A DNA stretch of 64,000 bases, taken from Cercozoa sp. M6MM (taxonomy: Eukaryota > Protista > Endomyxa: Ascetosporea). Shown piece by piece: positions 56,775 to 64,000 of this stretch. Position 1 is the first letter of the stretch. The number at the start of each line of letters is the position of its first letter. The notes beneath the pieces are model-generated. The model saw only the letters and a list, made by a program, of their open reading frames with translations, was not told the DNA's origin and did not search any database. Both the position numbers and the translations under genes were made by a program. The stretch lies in NCBI GenBank assembly GCA_040357565.1, contig JBDODJ010000037.1, one strand, 5' to 3'.

Positions 56775-59349
56775 CTACTTAACGCTGCTAAAGAGCGAAC
56801 GCGAGGCAGACTTCTTAGGTGTGGCACGAGCGAACGGGTTTGCCTTACGCCGAGCCTTGCTTCTGCGGGGTAACGGTGGTATGGGTACAAGCGCACGCAA
56901 GAGAAAGAGGGGGGGGGGGGCATACGCCGAGGCAGTCACCGAGGATTTGAAGAGCGGTTGCTGCGCCTGCTTGGCCTGCTGCGACGAGGTCAAGGAAGAG
57001 TGCGCGCCGGCACTCTGATCCTCTGCGTCGTCCTCGCTGTGCACGAGTGTTTTCAGGTACCTCTGGCACAAGGGATACGGTTTCAAGATAGCACCTGCTC
57101 TCACTGTCGCTGTTGCTGTCTTCTGTCGCAAACGCAAGCTCTCCTTGCAACTCTTCAATCAACGCACTCACCTTGGTGCGGCCAAAGTGTGTCTGCAAAT
57201 ATACAGGACACAAGATGAGACACAGATTGAGTGATAATTAATCACACTGGGACAAACACTCAACGCACAGCGATGACGTTGAACCGCTCCAGCAGTGTCT
57301 CAGCACGCGCGGCTGGCGCCAAACTGCTTCGCACAAGCGAAGCAGCGGCCGCACTCGCCTCGGCTGACACGGTGGGTACATATGTAAAATAACGAATACA
57401 CCTTACACACACACACACACACACATGCACACAAGTGCGTGTGTGAATAAAGGTACCTTCGCAGGCACATCGCATCAAGAGCAAGCGCTGCTTGTCGATT
57501 GCGATTCGGGCCTGGCTGCTGCGTTGTGCACATTGTGCGCGTTTCTCGGACTACACACCCCACATATGCACATGACCACACAGATATACCATTGGTTGAG
57601 GGATACCCCAGGTGCTGCGAGTGCCTCGCCAGTGGAGAAAAGTGCCAGCATGACAGTCTGCAGCCAAAGCTCGTGCTGCTCGGCCTCGGCACTCTCCAGT
57701 AAGGACTTCTGCTCCATAATAAACGGTTGGCATATTTAAGTAAGGAGGTCAACCAAGAGCAGGTACAGAGGCAGATGCCGTGCACAGAGGCAGCGCAGAG
57801 CGCGCCAGAGGCGACATGGCGAAGGGCAAGGCCGTCACAGGCGGGAGACGGTGGCCCGACGCAGTGGCGACACGTGTCGGCACTCTCTCAGTGTTGTCCT
57901 GTCCGGGGGGGGGGGGGGCTAAATACGTGAAGTAGAAGAGGAAGGCAACGCACAGAAGCCACGTGGCAGATGACATTGTCGTCGCGCGCTTCCACCGGCC
58001 AGAATCGTGCCTTCTTGGGTAAGGATTCCTGCACAAATCAGTACAAGCGAGCCTAGTGTAATCCAAATGCAGGCCCCACAGTAGACACGTACGTCAGCAA
58101 GATTGGCAAAGCGCATGTCGCTGATTTCTTGCCATTGCATTGTGCTGTTTCTCTACAGTACCAGTGTACAGCACATATGGACAGTACAGTACACACGTAG
58201 CCACGTACACAAAGGTACCAAACTGGACATGGCGCCGGCCCGGTCGCACTGGAGTGAATTAGAAAGCACCAACGCCACGAGAGTCTCCGCCTCGCACTCG
58301 TCATACTCTGCCGTGTCATCGTAGTCTGGGACAGGGGCAAGTAGAGTAATTGAGGTTAAGACCAATAACAAGGTAACATGCACAAGAAACCCGAGGCAAG
58401 GTGAGTCGTCACATGTGCCAACAGACAGCCGGACGGACTGTGGAACCCTGTGATACCCATGCAGAGCCATATGAAGGGTACACACACATGACGGGAGGGA
58501 TACCGAGCCAGCGCAAACGGCGGCACAGGTTGCCAACCGTACCAAGTCGCAGAGAGGCACTGCACGACTCCTGCAGCAACCTCAGCGTACATGACAATCT
58601 GTACACTAGGACACGTATCATGTGGGTACACTGACGAAATTCCTGACACAGTATAGCTTGGTCATCCCCGATTCTATATTTGAGAAAGTAAGGAGTGCAT
58701 GCGGCATGGAGCAAGCTAAACTACTCGAGTACCAAATACGAGGGCGAAGCGATCGTCGACAGCACGCAGTGACAGCACCTACATGCACAGAATACATGCA
58801 CAGAACATGTACGCACTGACATAGTACACAAACAAAGAGGCAGAAGGTACTGCTTCAGGTGTCACCCAGTGCTTGAGAGTCACTCCTGCACGACCAGGTA
58901 AATGGGGGGGGGGGAGGGGTAAAGGATCGGTTTGGTAAGATACCGGTGGCAGCACACAGCACGAGCAACTGCGTCTGAGCAGCTACGACGACGAAGCGAG
59001 TGCCAACGGCCAGTAAGGCACCTGTGCCAACCCAGTCATGCACACATTTAAGATACAGACGCAATAGCAGCACTACCAGTCATGTCGGACGAAGGCAAGG
59101 GCAGCACGCGCTTCCAGTCACCTGAGATTTATTTTAGAGAAGGAAAAGTAGGGTATGGCGGAAGATACCTCGGTCGCAGCAGTACTGCTGCAGCAAGTGC
59201 TCACTAAACACGCGCATGTGCAGTGTGCCGTCCGATGCCTGAGAAAGGTAGGGGTAAGTGCGGCGAGAAGCATAGCGATATGCCTACCAGGCGCGCGGCA
59301 CAGGTCTCGCTGAGGGCAGCACAAACCGTCGGTGCGCCGCGTTCCTCCA

Positions 59350-59400
<51 letters not shown>

Positions 59401-60215
59401 NNNNNNNNNNACACACACACATGCGCGTAGTCAAGGTGCTGGAAGTACCAGTCGCCACTGTCGGCGGTCTTGCACGGTCGCTGCCACCACTATGCCAGCT
59501 CTGTGTGCGACACATCATCATGCTTCGATCTCGGCCAGATAGGAGTGGGAATACCCCTTGGAAGGCAGACGGAAAAGACGGCCATGGGCGTTCCAATCGA
59601 AAAGTGTCGCTTCACCAGGACGCGCCTCATGCGACGTGCTGTGCGAGGCAGCGACGTTGAGGACGCACGAGTCGCTGGCTTTCAATGCCTGCCCAGAGGC
59701 GTCAAAAACTCGGCGCGAACGCTTGTGTCCGCGCCTCTTGGTCGGCATTTGCACGTCGCCTGTGTCATCCTGTGGGAGGGTGGATGCCGAGTATGCAGAG
59801 TGGATAAAGTGCCATAAGGGCTGTGAGATTAGCACCTCTACAAAACCGTCATCTTCGAAATGATCGAGGTTAGCACTCGGCACGACAGTGCTTTCGTTGT
59901 TGGCGTTGCCGGTCTGGCCCCCCTGCGCGTCCATCGAGTCAGCCTTTTTTGTTCTGCGTTCATGGAAATACACACGTGAGAGAAACCACTTCCTTTGAAA
60001 ATAACACGCTCCATAGAGACAAGACACGATAGTGTATCGCCGAAAAGCGTTTGCTGCTTCGCTTTTTTCCGAGGTGGGGCTTCCGGCTCCTCGTCTACGC
60101 CGCTCTGCGATTCCAACACGCGATGACATGTGCTGACAACACAGCTTTCATGTGTGGCAAGTACCACAACAGCGTGCTCGTCCAACAGGCTGTCCAGCTC
60201 ATCCAGCTCCGACAT
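56775..60215 (-). CDS. Ctf4/And-1 (WDHD1/Mcl1)-like replisome factor, SepB region only, multi-exon
   Basis: Ordered SepB-like segments LFDWNAHGRL; ALLAVGTRFVVVAAQTQLLVLCAATG; RFWPVEARDDNVICH; PPVTALPF; IDKQRLLLMRCACE. Basic tail with KANPFAR. Acidic N-terminus and NLS-like PPRKKAK. Confidence 0.55.
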
Positions 60216-60452
60216 TGCTGATGCTGACACCAATAATATCAGGAGGACTGGCGATTGCAGATGGCGCCAAAAATGACAACTCTAAAAACCCCACTTGGCA
60301 CGTGCTTGAGTCACAGTGGAAACTGTGTTGGTGCGCACCTCACTGCACGGTGATTCAAGCGTAGTTTTGAGTGCAAGACAACTTCGGAGCTCTGGAGCCG
60401 GCAGAAAAAATTAAGGAAAATCTGAACTTTTTCTAGTTGCTGCGCGGCAGAG

Positions 60453-61127
60453 ATGGTGATCATCACGCAGAAGTGCTCCTACACGTAAGCTGCGCTCTCG
60501 ACGATTCTCTATCGTTTTTTCGCGTTTCGCGTGATTTTCGGCGCGAGGCCGAACGGACTGCAGGTGTGCGCATAGCTCACTTTCCTGGTTGTGCCATTCG
60601 TTCCTCGGGCCGCGTCGCGTTTTTGTGTCGTTTGCTGTTTTTTTTTTTGGTTTTTATGGTGTCTTAACGCGTTCTGTATTGCAGGGAGAAGAAGATCTAC
60701 CCGGGCCACGGCCAGATCCTGTTCCGTCGTGATGGCCGCAAGGTCTTCCTGATCGACGCCAAGTCCAAGGGTCTCTACAAGCAGGGCATCAAGCCGGCCG
60801 TCCTCACGTGGACCATGGTGTGTTTTTGTGACGAAAATACGCGTCTGTGACGAAATGCACGATTTCTTGGGTTCACCAACCTTTTTGCATTGAGTGAGTT
60901 TTGTGTAGGCCTGGCGTCGTCTTGCGCGCAAGGTTGCGGCTCCGGCCACGGCCAAGCGCCGTAAGGGCGGTAAGGGCCGCAAGGGTGGTAAGGCCTTCAC
61001 CGGCATCTCGGTTGCTGAGCTCGCCGAGAAGCGCAACATGTCGGCCGACGTCCGCAAGGCCAAGCGCGACAACTTCAAGCAGGCCCGCAAGGTGCGTGTG
61101 CAGAAGGTCAAGGCCATCAAGAAGTAA
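60453..61127 (+). CDS. RPL24: 60S ribosomal protein eL24; exons 60453-60484, 60685-60817, 60909-61127
   Basis: MVIITQKCSYTEKKIYPGHG..RRDGRKVFL..KPAVLTWTMAWRR. Lys/Arg-rich tail and strong C/G-ending codon bias. Confidence 0.95.
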
Positions 61128-61557
61128 GCAGGCCCTCACCGAGACTACTTCTTCCGCAGTCTGTGCTTAGCTGTTGGTTGATTCTTAAACATCCTGCCAC
61201 GTCAACAAACTTTCAAGATGCCGTAAACAGAAAAATTAATGCGCTGCAAAACAACTTCAATTTGTTTAAGCGAATAGCGTTTTTGAAATAAAAGATCGTC
61301 GGAGCACCGGTGCATTAATAAGACATTTTTCTTGATCTGCGGGACTTTCTGGTCGTGGCCTCAACGCAGACAAAAAACGCATACAACTGTAAAAAGGTCT
61401 TCATATGCACTTCAAAGGGCTGAGAAAAGCCGACTGGGACCAGTTGGTCGGAGCGCCGGGCAAACCGTGTGTCAAAATCGTCGTCTGTTGATCGCAACAA
61501 GAAACATCAAGCAGGACCGCTAGGTGCGCCGTGCACTGTGCGTGTGTGTGCTGGACC

Positions 61558-63942
61558 ATGAGCGACAATGAAAGCCGTGCTCTTGGTCTCATTAGAGCAC
61601 GGGCGAGCGAATTGGACGCGCCGGTCATTGTGGATGTGTCCGCGCAAACCGGCCGCTTCCTCAGGGTACCTTCTTTACCTTCCGTGTTTTTCGCCAAGCT
61701 TCCGACCTGGTTAGTATAAGGCAATGGATATGCTTAGGCGGCGCGTGATTTTGGCATCGGCGAAGTCGTGTTCGAGGAGTCGTCGTTTTTGCATTCCAAG
61801 TCGGAGTGTCTGCTTGAGGTGCATCGGCACCCGAAACACCGATGAGGTTTTTTTTTAAATGTGTTTCTGCAGCTCTTGGATGAGGCAAGCGTTCGAAAGA
61901 TTGATCGTTTCATCGCAGAAAATGAGGAGGCTGATGTCTAGTACAATCCTGTTGCGTGTCAAAGTGCTGCCTTGTGCACCATATGAATGGGCGAATAGTG
62001 CCCCGGCACCTGAAGAACAGCGTCTGCTGATTAATTATTTGCTGCTTTCCTTGGCCGTATATTGAACTCGTACATACATACACTCATTGAGCTGTTCAAG
62101 GCTATACATTGCAGGGCAAGTCGGTGCAAGACATGCTGACGATTTTGGACGGGGAAGTGCGCAACGGTGGGACTGCTCGCACCGTACCTATATATCCAAG
62201 CATACTACGCAAGTGCACACCACCCACCACCCACGCACACTAATGTATAAACCGCAGTTGTCGAAGCGCGCGGAGTGGATGGCTGCCCGTGTACATGCAG
62301 CTTTCGAGCAGGACAAGTTGCCGAAGGGTACATCTGCAGAAGAATATAAGATCTGGTCAGTACGTGTACGGTGTTGTGCAGTCAACACGGCAGGCGTACC
62401 TTCGCAGACACAGCTAACGCAGTGGTTTGATCGGGTGCTTCGTGTGTGTGAGTGTAATGCGCACTCTCCGTCTGAAGAAATTGCCGACTGGTAAACCCTC
62501 TCATCAATGCAGCAACACTATGAGAGGTAGCCACGCCTGGTGATGGACGGAGAGTCACACTGCTGCGTAGGTTCTCGAGCGACCTGTACGCACCGATGCC
62601 GCACACTCCAGATTCATCGCTACCGCCGCCTCCGCCTCCTGCCGATACGGACGAACCGACGCTTCCCGAGACAGACACGGTGTTCGACGACAGTGTACCA
62701 CCCAGCACACTTGTATCTCTGCGCTGTTGTTTAGAGCATTGTGTATGCCTCTGCAGACTGCCCTCTTCGTACTGGGCAGCATGATGGAACACGACTGTGT
62801 GCCAGCTTGCACGGTACCACTGGCAGTGCACACGTGTATCATGCAAGAAGCGGTTGTCACCTGAGCAGGCTGTGCTGATCCCCGAGTCGAAGCACATCAA
62901 AAAGTCCTGTGGTGTGCGTCACCGTGTCGTCACGGGTATCAAGCTACAGCTGCGCACACTGCGCTCGGTGCGAGAAGGCGACAAGTTGAGCATCTCCTAT
63001 GTCGATGCCGCTCAGTACTTGCACCGTAATGCGCGACGACATCTCGTGGTACCTCATGAATCGTGTACGCATCCAGGGTGTGTGTATCTCGCCTTGAATT
63101 CCCACAGAAGTCGGCTCGTGGCTTTGAGTGTCAGTGCTCCGTGTGTCACCTTGATGTACAGTACTTTTAGTTCAGATCCACTGTGCGTTTGCACCTGTAT
63201 CTTGCAGCCGGAAAGCGACACGGTCGAGCACACCCGTGTGTTTGCGCACCCAAACGACCCTACATTGTTGTTGTTCCCGGTGCTCGCTACACTCAGCCAC
63301 CAGGTACATCACTCTTGGTAGCTCACACAATATTGTGATTTCTGTGCTTACGCTGGTGTGACAACTTTTACAGACCGTCAATCGCGACGATGACGAAGAC
63401 TTTGCGCGTATCGGCGATGACACGCGTTTCTTGGCCTTTCGCGTTGATGTCGACAATGGCGGCAACACAGACAGCACTGTACCCACTCGTGTGCACGTGC
63501 CACGACTCGTGTCGGTGTGTGCCAGCATGCTTGTGCCTTGTTGGTACTCACGTGCGGATGTGCGTAGGTTCCCCTGACAGGCTCTCTCAAGATCAAGCGC
63601 AAGCAGCGCAAACAACTGGCGAAAGCAGAAGAACGCATCGCGTCACTTTTCCGTCGACAACAGGTGCTTTCGGACACGTGCAGTATCTACGTTTTGCCTA
63701 TTCCTCCTATCCTTCGCAGGAGAACGCACTTCAAGTGGCCTTGCAACGCATGCTGCCGACAACATCGGTATGACCTTTTTGACCTGCCTTCTTGACTATC
63801 CATTTAATTACTGCAGGAGGACGACCCACGTGACCCACTGTTTCAACGCACCAATGCGGCTGATTCCAGCACACTTGTGCACAATGCGCACCACCTGTAG
63901 ACACCGCTTTTACTGTGTGTGTTGCGTGTGTGTTGCGTGCGC

Positions 63943-64000
<58 letters not shown>
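61558..64000 (+). CDS. SMYD-like SET-domain lysine methyltransferase, truncated by the window end
   Basis: TGRFLR..ARDFGIGEVVFEE (N-terminal SET part); GSMMEHDCVPAC; LRTLRSVREGDKLSISYVD; RNARRHL; post-SET FECQCSVC. Confidence 0.8.

Noticed and set aside
60818-60908. Possible box C/D snoRNA in RPL24 intron 2 (TGTGACGAAA twice)
   Set aside because: Box C is imperfect, there is no CTGA box D, and the intron is short.

Overview
This is a gene-dense, very intron-rich nuclear genome fragment from a unicellular eukaryote (protist), not a prokaryote. Introns are mostly ~45-100 nt and GT-AG, and many carry (TG)/(CA) microsatellites. The N-runs are scaffold gaps inside or next to those repeats, and most HTHT/CVCV ORFs in the track are artefacts. 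Manual splicing supports about 22 genes: an ANTH/AP180-like clathrin adaptor, a USP-domain protein, CSN1, an FN3-like type I membrane protein, an ABCB-type half transporter, a CDK9/10/11/12-like kinase, CYRI/FAM49, NDUFAF3, RBM5/10, APC10, MMAB, a NAK kinase, PRP18, IDI1, a penicillin V acylase/choloylglycine hydrolase-family Ntn hydrolase with signal peptide and KDEL, OST3/6, a divergent PPP phosphatase, a CCDC180-like coiled-coil protein, a Ctf4/WDHD1-like protein apparently lacking its N-terminal WD40 domain, RPL24, a SMYD-like SET protein and some hypotheticals. Mobile DNA comprises a ~2 kb non-autonomous TIR element (23-bp TIRs, 3-bp TSD, subterminal repeats) and a 136-bp MITE-like element. 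The most notable findings are the bacterial-type, ER-retained Ntn hydrolase and an unusual splicing landscape. That landscape includes GTAC-dominated donors lacking +5G, strand-polarised intronic TGTCTG and poly-C tracts, a candidate recursive (AG|GT) duplicated intron, and a Prp18 with a rewritten conserved loop. All gene models were spliced by eye, so boundaries are approximate. Family calls come from recalled motifs, not database searches.
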